A DNA stretch of 64,000 nucleotides, taken from contig CM022679.1 of the NCBI GenBank assembly GCA_012295275.1, positions 19,220,001-19,284,000 on the forward strand, given 5' to 3'. Shown here in pieces: positions 26,401 to 39,600 of the stretch. Each line of letters starts with the position of its first letter. The stretch's first letter is position 1. The position numbers and the translations under genes were made by a program. A model generated the notes under the pieces. The model did not search any database, had not been told where the DNA came from, and saw only the letters and a program-made list of their open reading frames with translations. This DNA comes from Chrysomallon squamiferum (taxonomy: Eukaryota > Animalia > Mollusca).

Positions 26401-29400
26401 GGTGGACTACCCATAACAGTATTCAAGTAATTATCAATACAGAAATAAACAAAAATACATTTGAATAACTATTAACCTGCATGAAAATCAGGTGATTCAT
26501 ATTATAATACAGGTTTAATGCTCAGGTAAAAAACACTCCAAATGATGTCACATATATATATATAATTATTTACACAACTATGTACAAGTTAGACCTTTCA
26601 TAATATACAATTATTTACATTTACATGAATACGTACACACCACTTTTATTGCTGGATAAAAAAACCTAGCCACAGTTGACTAAAACTAATAACCAAAGAC
26701 ACACACCCCGGAGACATACTCACTTCCCTCATCATATAGTATGTGGTTCCCAATCTGAAATTGCCCTAATTAAACCAACCCCCTCGGTAAAATTTATAAC
26801 TGGGTGTAACTTATCTTCGTATGTGGGCTGAACAACTCCCATTTGGCCCTACAGGTGGAGCGGATTCCTTTGGCACATGCCAGTGAATACTTTGGTAATG
26901 ACCCATTCCCATACACTTCTGTAGGTGGAACCTATCCCTGGGCCATATGAACCTTACCTCTGTAGCTGTCTCCTGGGGTGTGAATCTATATATATATACT
27001 ACATCCATCCACTTACCTCATGGAAACACCTTGCCCCCATCCAGAAACAACGCCCTTTTTAGGGCTTTGTCTACCTGCCAGTAGAGGCAAAAGCAGTATG
27101 TTTGACCATATGATCCTCACAGAGGGGAACAGTGCTTTCAGTCACAGGAATGAGCAAGTGATGCTCTTTGTCATTACCATGTCATTTGAATCCATTTGTT
27201 AAATGACAGCATTAGATGGGGGCTGGTGTTTCAACTTCTCTGAAATGAAACTGTCTAGCAGCAACAACTTCATTCCCCTGTCACCATACCATTTTACTTT
27301 GATACCTGCCTGCTGCAAATATAGGTTTCCTCCACGTGGCCTTGCCCTTGCCTGTATTCTTGCCCAGTGGACAATGGAAGATCCAATTAACCAGAATTCA
27401 TTCTTCTCTACAATCAGATGTTTTATTATTTAAATATGACATAAATAAATTAGATTTGGTATACTTGGTATACTTGTTGACTGGGATCCCATAGCACCAA
27501 ATTTGAAATATTAGCCCAATCGGATCAGTGGGGTGGGAGATGAGGCCCACTGAATTTTGCGATTTTTGGCAAAAATGGGTGTGACCACCAACCTTTGAAC
27601 CCTCATATCACAGGAACTATTCAAAATTCGGTAGGCCATATCTCAGATTTGGTGCTGTGGGATCCCAGTCAACAAGTATACCAAGTTTTATAAAAATCTG
27701 AGACGGTTGGGTGTAAATTTCTTTTTTTGGGGGGTGATTTGACATGGAATGACCCATATATATCTTTCATTGGTCTGCTTAAATGAATATTGTGTTTATT
27801 CTTTATACTATCACTCTTTTTTCTTCTTATTTTCAGGAGAATATGGTCCACGTTACTCACCATGGTTTTGTTTCACGTTGTCATATTGGTGTGGGAAAAA
27901 ACAAAAACCTTCAGATGAAGAAATTGGAAACAGTCGAGTTCTGTCCGCTGATATAGAACCAGTAGCTTCAGACTTGACAACTGAAGCAGGCATTGAGTAA
28001 ATACAAAACATTTTTTTTATAAATCTGTATATGTGAGTTACAGTCATTAACTGCAGAAGACATTGAATTAAAGCAGACATTAGATTAAGACTTATTTTTT
28101 AGATTTTTGCATTTTTATATTACATTTCTTCATTGACATCAAAGTATTTAAGTTTCAAGATAATGTTTTTAATAGTTCTTATAAAGAATATTCAGATGAA
28201 TAATCTTTGTATGGTTTTGTTGATAACATGTTATATTCTCTTGTTTGAAGATTTACATTTGTTTCCACAGACATGTTAACCTGACCAGGTATCACAAAAC
28301 AAACAGTTATAATTACCAGCAATTAGTTCTGTGACAGATGAGCATATATACAGCTATCTCTATATGTTTTTTGGCCTATTCAAATGAATGTTGTGAATAT
28401 TCTTAGCTATTTGTATAAATTTAATATTAGTCAGTGCAGAATTTAGTTAAATTTTGTAACTTTATTTAAGGAAACGTGTAATATTTGTCAATGATATCCT
28501 TAAATTTACATTTAGTATTCATCCTTATTTTGTAGAACATTACTTTTGCTCTTCCTTGGTACTGATTTTCAGATTATTTATATTTTTCAAATAGATTTTG
28601 TTATTTATGTTTTGTAGAATAATGAACATTTCTAAAATCTTCAAAGAACAAGGTGCCACTGTAAAGGCTGTAAATGGTTAGTATTAAATTTGTTTTGTCA
28701 TGTTAAAATAATACATTTTAAGTTATTCATGATTTGCTTGTTTACTGGGCCTTCACATCTCATTTAAAATTAAATTTATGTTTACTATTTACAGTGATTT
28801 TTAATTATGAATCCTAAATATTTAAAGATCTAAAGAGTAAATTACATTTTTTTAGAGTTGTCACTGGACATCTATGAAGGACAGATTACAGCAGTTCTTG
28901 GTCACAATGGAGCTGGAAAGACTACTTTAATTAGCATGCTGTGTGGATTGTTACCCCCTACTTCTGGAATAGCAAGAATAAAAGGAATGGTAGAGTATAT
29001 TTGTAGTAGTCACTTTCAGTTCTGTTATTAAGATTTTATATGAAAAACTGTAAATTGATTTTCTTGTTTTAGTAATTTTTTATTACCGTTTGTTTTGTTA
29101 AACAATTTCTTTGTATTATTTATTATCTGATGAAGGTAAAAAAATAGTTCCTTTTTTGTAACATAAATTACAATTAATGATATTTATGCAATAATATTAT
29201 TGGTTTGGTTTTCAGGATGTGTCACACAGTGGAGATATGGAGAAGATCCGTTCAATGACAGGTGTATGTCCTCAACATGACATACTGTATGACGAACTCA
29301 CATGTCGGGAGCATCTCATGATTTTTGCTGGAATCAAGGGTTTAGATGACAAAACTAGAGAAGAAACAGTTAGTGTTTTCTTTTCTTGACTTGTAATTGT

Positions 29401-32400
29401 AACTGTTTTTTGAGGAGATGGAGGATTAAAGGATTAAAAATAACAAACAAAATACCTTTTTTATTTATTATCACCAACTCTAACAGGTTGATTTTTTTTG
29501 TCATTTCAGAATCTTCTATAAATAAGAAAATACTTACACTGAAATATTATACATTAGTTTATTTGAAATTATAGTAAATCCTTCTACATTTTGCATTTTT
29601 ATTTTACTTTGTTCTGTAAGAAACAAAATACTGACTGCCACAGAATGCATGCTTATTTGTATTCTGGGAAAGATGCAGTTTATTTATATTTAAGGTTAAC
29701 GATGCCATGAAGCATGCAGATATCTTTGACCAAGCAGATACATTTGCTAGAAATCTAAGTGGTGGTCAGAAGAGGAAGTTGTCTGTTGCCATTGCTTTGA
29801 TTGGAAATCCAAAGGTAGATACTTTTAAATTATTTATAGATTTGACAATCTGATAAATCCAGAACTACTTGCATAATTACAAGACCAGACTAGTAAATAA
29901 GTTAGAAAATATTTGTACTAACTGAATTTTTTTTTAATAGCCTTATATCAATTTATTTATTTCGTACTAAACCCAATTTAGTATTCATATTAATCAGCAC
30001 AAAACCATTTGTTACCATAAAAAAACTAGTACTTCTTTCTTTTTTGATGACAAATGGTTACTTTTATTTTTGACTTTTTTAAATCATATAGTGCCCCTTT
30101 TCATGAACCTCTCCAACCCAAACACATATATATCATTCAAACTGCTCTGGTTCATCACAAACAGGTATTTCTGTAAAATAACAGAAAGAAATTAGTCTTT
30201 GTTAACTTCAAAAGAAATATATCTTTTTTTTTAAATAATTATTTCAACTCAAACAAAAGAAAATTGTATAAAGGATAACTAATAATGAAAAGAATAGTTA
30301 ATTTTTCCACGTTTTTTAAGTGTTTTAAAACATATAAACCAAATTTTATAAATGCACCATCTTTCCAAAAATGCTAGGATAGTACAAAAAAAGATTGGTT
30401 ATATAAAATACAAATGAAGTTTATAAACAATATTTCCACTTATTATGGCTACGGTGCAATGTCATGTAGTATTATGTAATCTGTGGATATGCTTTTCCTT
30501 TTGCAAAAACCTGAAACATTTATTTTAAAAAGTAAATTTTTTATCTACATTTTTTAAACGATCATGTCAAAAACCAAAAAAACTATTTTGTTTATTCAAA
30601 TTTTGCCACTTTTCGCCTAGTTTGTCCCCTCAAGAAAGCACCTCTGTGATTATGATGTGTATTAAGAAATAGTTATTTTTTTTCTTAAATTGCTGATGTT
30701 TAAAGATAAATTGGCAATTTTTCTTTTTTTTTCTTTCATGCAGATTACATTTTATATTGTTTGTTATAATAAGTAAGACACATCTTCGATTCACTAATCT
30801 TTAAAAGGGTATTTAATTTGTTTTGTCCTTCAGAAAACAAAATTGTTAATTTGCTGTGAGAAAGATAACTCGTGCTTTTAAATGATATTTCCTAAATTTT
30901 TAATATATTAATACGTTTGTATGTAAAATAGTTTGAACATCGAGTGGTTTATGTAATTTTAATTAAACAGATCCTGTTCCTTGATGAGCCAACAGCAGGA
31001 ATGGATCCTTTTTCAAGACGTAAACTGTGGTCACTTCTGAAAGCCAAAAAAGAAGGGAAAATCATTCTTCTCACAACTCATTTCATGGATGAAGCTGACA
31101 TATTGGCTGGTAATAAAATACTTGAATATTGATTTAATACAATACTGCTGATGTAAATTGTAACAGACATCCTGGATGACTCACAGTGGTAATTGTTGTG
31201 AATAATAAAAAAAATAATACAATGTTCAGTTGGTGAGTTATATTCAGGATTTCCGTTTGAAGACTGGCATTTCATCTGGTCATAGTAAAATATTATTTTA
31301 GTTGTTAAAACTGATCAGAATGTGTATGTAAATGTGACCTTAATAATAATAATTTATAATAGTGGCACCAGCATTATAATATAATGCACTAACTACTGTT
31401 AGGATTGTATGTAGCAAAGATTTATTTATTTATTTATTTACTTATTTACTTATTTATTTATTTATATATTTGTGTTTTGTTTTTAAAATGTTCAAATAAA
31501 ATTCCTAACAGCTGAAAACTGCTTATAATCATTTTAAATTGTAAATTGTCAGATTTCACTTTAATTATTTCTTTTATGCATGTTTGTTAAAAGTTTAAAT
31601 TAACTTATCATTCCAGATCGCAAAGCCATTATTAATCATGGAAAACTGAAATGTTGTGGATCATCACTATTTCTGAAAAATCGATTTGGCATTGGATACC
31701 ATTTGAAGTAAAAATAATTGTTATAATGTTTTATTTAATATATTTTAAATATTTTATCATCATTTAAATAATACAATATTATATCTGTTACAAAAAAAAA
31801 AACAAAGTAAAACGCCTGTTTTGTATCAAAAGAATCTTTACATATGCATTGTTTTTTTAAATATATATTTTTGGTTGTTTGATTTTCCAAATTTGTTTCA
31901 CATATTTTATTAAATTATTAAACTCAAAATTTTACTGATATTAATTCATTTTAGCATGGTAATGGATCCCAGCTGCAATGTTGATGCAGTTACAGCACTG
32001 TTGAAACAGCATGTTTCTAACGCTGAACCAAAGACACATGGAGGAGAGCTCTCCTACACCATACCAATGGATCAGGTTACAAAGTTTCCAGGTAAGCAGT
32101 TTCATTTCTATCTCATCAAAACATTTAGACTCCTTATAATTTCAGTCTGTCATAAAAAATTTAAAAAGCAAAATATGGATTTATTTTGTTTTTGTTTTCT
32201 TTTTGTTTATTACCAATAATGTGCCACATGCATTCAGCAGTTATTAATAAAAGTAGTGAATATTTTATTTTCAAGTGAATATTACATCTGTTTCCATACT
32301 TAAGTCTTTTGAACAATTTTAAGCCAAATGAGATCGATTCTGAATTTTCTACTAATTTGAATATAGAAATGTATTTTTTATTTTTTTTTAAATGAAAACA

Positions 32401-35400
32401 AGTAAAGTTTTTGTTATGGCAACTTTACCTGTACTTTATTCAAGATTATTTATATTTACCATCAGAAATAATTTATTATTAAAACATTGCAAAATTATTT
32501 AGTTTTTATTAATTAATGTTTTATTTGGTTGTATTTTTTAATTAACTTCCACAATAACTAAAGGGAATTCATTATTTGGGTCTTACTGCAACATTTTACA
32601 GTTAGCAAAGATTTATATTTAATTAAACAAGAGGTTATTAATTTTATTTGCAAGTCCAGAACTATGTTTTTAATGATTCAAGCTTCTCGGAGAATGTTTT
32701 TCATTTGTTTTCCATTTGGTTAAATTTCACAAGCAGTTAACAACTCTATTACAAATGAAAAATAATGCTTTTATTTAATAAAGAAGGAACAGTATAGATT
32801 TTTGTTAACTGTTGATATTGATGTAAAAAAATTATATAATTTTGTTTGTTTCTAGGTTTGTTTTCTGAACTTGAATCTCCTGTTTCAAAGGACATAACAA
32901 AAGCCAAATCTCTTGGTGTGAGAAGTTTTGGTGTCTCTATGACTTCGCTGGAAGAAGTTTTTCTGAAAATAGGTAATATTTAATATTGTTATTCTGCAAA
33001 TTAACATCAGTTGATTTTTCTTACAGATTAATGTGCTGCACATCTCTAGAATCTCAGTAACTTTACTATTCAGAAAGTCTGTTTTTGTGTATTGTCTTTC
33101 AGTACTTCATTACCTAAAATGTTTGAAATTCATGTAAGAAAATAATGCACTTTATTTTCTTTACATATATTGTTTTATTTTATAGGCTCTGAAAATGAAG
33201 AAACACGTGGCATTGAAGTCATTCAGCCAACAGCATCCTCTGAGCAAATAACATTACCTGACTATTCAAGTGAAAATACCAGCATTACATTCCAGAGATT
33301 CTCAACATTGATAAAAATCAGATTTCTTCTAAAGATCCGTAACATGATGGCACTTATCTTCCAGATACTAATTCCAATTGTTTTGGTAATCATTGGCTGT
33401 GTTCTGAGCAAACTAGGTTCTTCAGACAATACACTGGAAAAACTGAAAATTGATCCAAGAACCTACGTTTTTCCAAAAGGGCCACCTCTACTTGCTATCA
33501 GTACAGCAGGTAAAGAATTAAAATACTTTTGTTGCATAATTTTAATATTTATTAATCCATAAAACAAAAGAAAACTAATTTAAAATTGCAAATGTATGTT
33601 TATATATCTCTATAAAATTTTCTTTAATGCTTTAATTTGTTTCGATTTTCAATATTTATTTAATAAAAATTTTAAACTGTAGTAAAAAGAGGCATCTTTT
33701 TCAAACTCACCTAACACCTGTACCTTATCAAATATTTATATTTTTAAAAAGCTTATTTGACCTAGAACATTTAGCTTGTGACAAAATATAACAGAACATG
33801 CATTTAAATTCTTGTTTGTGTGATGGGTTCTGTTATTGTTGATTTATTATTGGTTGGTTTTTTTTGTTGTTGTTTTTAGATTTGTAATTTTGAAATAAAT
33901 TTTGTGTGTAAACGATCTCAATAATAATATACCATTTAAAAGTTTGTAACATAAATAGCATGGAATTCAAATTAAATAAATTACTTTTTCATATTTAAGG
34001 AACAGTTAACTCAACAACCTTTATAAATAACCTGGAATCAGACTTTCATATAGATTCTTACAATGCGCCTGTGAATATTTCTCTACTACCTCAGCACTGG
34101 ATTGGTTTTAATCTTGTCGATTTACAGAATGTAAGTCATTTATAATTGTTTTTGTGTATTAGGTGGTTTGTTATTTATATACTGCTTTTTAGCTTGCTTG
34201 AAAACATACAGTTTCTGACTAAAAACAAGGCACAAATTTTTGGATATGATATTACCATTTTTATATTTGTTTTTTTTTATTTATTTATTTATTCATTCAT
34301 TCATTTTTTTTTTTTTTTTCCTGATATATTTATATATGTATAATATATATGTACATTTTTTTTTTTTTTTTATAAATTAACATTTTAGTCTTTCAGTTTT
34401 GCATCTCTGAAATATTCAACCTAAAAATTTTCCTGAGATTATATATATGCTTGCAGTTGTTTGCCTTTCAGTATGTATATACATCTTGCACAATATAATA
34501 TATTAACTTTTGTTATTATTATTATTATTATTTTTTTTTTTAAATAATACTTCATTTCAAGACATAATTTGCATTGCTTTACTCTTTTATTTTTATTTCC
34601 CTTTTATGATAAATTATTTATGTTCGATAAGAATTTAAAATAATTGTCTTCGCTAAAATTACCATAACATATTATTAAAGTTTTTTATATTGTTACTGTA
34701 GCATCAATTTTCCTTCATTATTATTTTATTTTTATTTATTTGTTAGTTTTAATTCTTTGTTATGAATTGGCTTTAAATGTAACATTGTATTGCTAGAAAA
34801 ATGTCTGTCTGTAGAAGGTACTTTAAGAAAGACTAGAGTGTGAAACTGATATCTGAGGTACTTCTGCTGTTACAACAAGAGGATATGATTTTGATACTGT
34901 CTGCAGAACACTTAGTTCTTTTTGTTTTGCAGGTAACCTTTATTAAGTTCATCATAGTTTCATTTAAATCAAATCTTCAGTTTTCAAATTAAAGACACCT
35001 CATCTCAAGGAGTTAAGACTTCTGTTAAAAATTAAAAATATCTGAAAAAGACTAGTTTATATAAAAAAAACATTTATAATTATTTATAAGTAATAAATTA
35101 AATATTTTTAAATATTCCCAATATTTTAATTATTAATGTGGTACAGACTACTACAACAAGTTAAAAAAAAATTAAATTGCAGTGTTCTTTACTCACTGGT
35201 GAAATGTATCACTTTATTAAAACAATACTTCAAGAAACCTTTTGCACCATCCAGATAATATTTTATTTTTTCATCACTTTTTTCAAGTTTTTCATTATTG
35301 GCTTTTATTGCTTTTAATCTTGCTTTTCTTTTCCAGTGATTGCATTTTGTCTTTGAGGTTCATGAATTTAAGCTTGCATTTTGGGGTTATTTATTTCATT

Positions 35401-36587
35401 ACAAACAACTTTTTCTTTTTCTTTTGATATTTATTCACTATTGAAACTAGCTTTAGTAACGTGAAAGACTATTTAACTAATGTATAATTGTAAAACTGGA
35501 GTTTTATTACAAAACAAATATTAATGTTAAAACACTTTTATTAGTTCTTTTTAGTACAGGTTCTATTAATGTAATTTGTTTATGTAAGTTTTGCCATACA
35601 TTTCAACCTACATTCATCTAACTGTACAATTAAACATTAGAAATCATGATTTACTCAATACTGTAAAGGTTAAAATAAATTACAACTAATGCAGAAATGT
35701 AAGTGTGGATCATGCAACTTTTATGTCAATATTTATTTATTATTATTACTTTATTCTAGACAAAGTATACTGCACTATACAATGACTCTGCCATACATTC
35801 GCTGCCAGCAGCAGTCAATGTGGTATCAAATGGATTTCTTAAATTTCTCAAAAACATAACGGGAATCACTGTGTCCAGCTTGGAATGGCCTCCTATTGCA
35901 AAAACTGAAGCAGCAGATCTTAAATATGATTCCACTTCTTTTTCTGCAGCCTTTGTCCTTGCAGTGGCATTTGTTGTTGTGCCTGCAGGTTTTGCAGTTG
36001 AGGTTGTGATGGATCGTCAGGTAAAGAAGAATTTTCATTAAATAATAATAGCTGTTTTGACTTGAAAATTAATTTAAATTCCAAGGTGCAAGAGTTCTCC
36101 ACCTTCTAATTATGTTGTGCCAATTTTTATTATTCTTTGAGGATTACATTAAGATTGCAAAATAAGAAGTTAGAATCTAAAAAGATCAATTTTTAAAAGG
36201 TTTGTTACATCAAAACTAATTTATTAACTAAAATTCAATGATATACTACATACATTCACTACCTTGAGTGTTCTAACAGATTCTGAGAATAATTATTAAT
36301 ATACATAATCTTGAGTAAATAAACATTTTAAGGTTCTTTTTTATATACATTTCTTGTCATTTTTGTGCATGGGCTGATGACGGACAAAATGATGCTATTT
36401 ATGGCTTTTCAAAATAGGTCAGGGCTCGCAGTCAATTACGTGTTTCTGGAATCACATACGGCATGTACTGGATCACATCATTTCTCTTCCATCTACTGAT
36501 TTATTTCATTCCAGCAGTCATTAGCATTTTGATTGTACTTGCTGTCCAGGTAAGTTAAATATTGTTTTAATCAATTCTAAAACATAT

Positions 36588-36626
<39 letters not shown>

Positions 36627-39600
36627 TATACCTCTTATTTTTGATAACTTTGACATGTTGCTTTTCAGCTTTTCATTTTGGTTGTTTTGTTTGTTTTGTT
36701 TTATTTTGTTTCATTTTGTTTTCTTTATTTGTTTTTAATCCAGTATAAATTAAATTATCTAAAAGGCTTGATCATGTTAATATTTTCATTCCAGATTCCA
36801 GCATTTTCTTCTGCGGGGGCCATGTTGGCATTAGTGTTGTTGTTCGTTACCTATATACCAGCCAATCTCCTCCTTGCCTATGTCTTTTCATTTGCATTTG
36901 AGAAATTTGAGACTTGCCAGGCTGTCCTACCAAATGTTTTTATTTTTGTAAGTTATTTTTCATCCATTTAAATGAAATATAACTGTTTAGTAACAAATTA
37001 TCAAGATTATTTGTTGTGATACTAAACTATGAATTCTTGTGGAATAATATTCAGTTGTAAGAATAAATAAATAACAAATAATTTCAGAAAATGATTTACT
37101 GAAATTACTTCTGTTACAGTTACTGTTTTTAATTTGTTTTACAAAGTAAGAAATCACTACTAATTTATTGTTTTTCACTGTTTATTTAAGTAAGTCTAGA
37201 AGTAATCATCAGGTTTACAAAAAAGTAATTTTTTACAAAATATATAAGATAAAACTAAATTTAATTTAATACATTTAATACAGTTTGATCTTCTTTCAGT
37301 CTGGAATTATCCCCTACATAGCTATTTCTTTGATGGATATGCTGGGAAAACCAAGTGTAGCCGAAATACTCCACTATGTATTTGCTGTCATTGACCCACC
37401 ATATGTTATATTTGGTGGCATTTATTACATTGACCGGGTAACTATTCAGAAAGCAGAGGCATTCATTTACTGGGATTCAGCTTGTATTGTTTGTCAAACT
37501 ATTCTGTCTTGTAGAAACTTTACAATTCAGAAATCCGCTTGCCATCATTCGCATTCACATGCTACACTCTTCAGTTTTTAATCATTCTTTATAATCTATA
37601 ATGTTATTCTTTACAATAATAATGCAATTAAACTGAATTACAGGTTTATTTTTGGTGTTTGTATTTAATGTTTTGTGCTTTTCAGGTCAACCGTGTTGCA
37701 GCAATCCAGCAAAAGCCAACAACATTTGACATGTATTTTGAATGGTCTAACAATATAGATTTCCCAATTCTGGTGGTAAGTAATTTTGTTTTGATAGAAA
37801 GCATCATCTAATAACGATTTTTGGGTACAAAGTATTGTTTTGATGTGCAGCAATAGCATGGGAATAAAAGACCAACAAAAAAAAATACATTTATTAAAAT
37901 TATGTAATTTATACTGTCAAAGTGAATATGTTGAGCTGCAGTAGTCTATAAAATTCTTTTTACTTCAAAGTTATTATTTTAATTTTGTGTGAACTGTGAT
38001 CATTCACAGAAATGTAATACAAAAAAAATAATACTGTTACACATCTTCACAACCAGAGTCATAAGAACCAAGAACATTAGTTTCTGTGACACTACATGTT
38101 ATGTATTATTAGTATTATTATACCTTATATCTTTTTCTGACTTAGGCCATTTTTCACTTCGAACTGATGTTTATCCTTCTGAGAATTCTTGATGTCCGAA
38201 GTACTGGGAATAGCTTTTCTGCTGCATTTAAAATCTGCAACTCTAAAGTACAGGACATCCCTGAAGAAAACAATGACAAAATAGAAAATGAAGATGATGA
38301 TGTTACCAGAGAGAGGGAACGTGTGTCCACAATTGACTCTTCTCAACAAACAGAGAATAATGTGAGCAGAAGTTTTTATTTTTATCACAAGGAGGAGAGT
38401 GGAACTTTCTTTTCTATATGACATTTGTATTATTAAATGTTTGTTTGTGATCTCGTTTTTTATTTTTATATGTATGTAATGTATGGATTCTTGATATATG
38501 TTTATTTTATGGAATAAATATATTTTTAATTATAGATTGTTGCATATGTTAAAAATCTGAGGAAGGAATTCAAGAAAAGGGTGAAAACACCAAACAAGAA
38601 AGATGACAATGTCAAGGTTGCTGTACGTAATACATCATTTGCAGTTGAGGCTGGAGAGATTCTTGGATTGCTTGGACCTAATGGTGCTGGGAAAACCACA
38701 ACACTGAATATGATCACTGCTGAGACTGCAGCCACCCGAGGCAAGGTAAAACACAAAGATCTGAATATCACAGGAACAAAAAATATTCCTGTTGAATTAA
38801 CTGTTAAAAAATATATATATATTTATCATTTGGGAACGAATTAATAACAACATACCGATATAAAGAGTCATAGAAATATTAACCATATCCAAAAATAAAG
38901 ATAAATAAAATTTTAGATCAGTAAGGAATTAAAATGAACACAAATCCAACAATCTATTTTTGTTTGACATACAAGTGTGTTACTCAAAATGTTAATAGTT
39001 GTTTGATGTTCATTATAATGATTGATTTTTTTTTTTTTTTAACTTTGTAAATAATATTGGTGAATTGGTGAATTGTGTTTTTTCCCAGATTGTTGTAGCA
39101 GAGCAGAATGTTCATTCCAGTCTGTCAGAAGCATTTCAGGCTATGGGCTTCTGTCCACAACATGATGCTTTATGGGACCTCATCACATTAAAGGAACACT
39201 TGGAATTCTATGCCACAATCAAAGGTGTGCCGAGAGACAAAATTGAAGATATGATCAGCACGTATGTATTTGTTTACACTAAATAAAAAGCTAAATACAG
39301 TTTTAATGTTACTTTCAGTGTTTGGAAGATTGTATTTTATTGGGCTTTTTTTTTTTTGTCCAATATGTGACAAAAACCAGTGATAAAATATATATTACTT
39401 CATTTCTTTTTTTTTAGAATTTGTTCCTTTGTTTGTTTATGCATAAATTCAGTTTTTTTTTTCCAGATACATAACACTCCTGAAACTTGAAGAACACAGA
39501 GACAAAAGAACAAAACAATTATCTGGTGGAACACGAAGAAAGGTATAGATTTCTTAAGAAAAAAGTTATTTGATTCGGCTGGCTTTTCAAAGTTTTCAAA

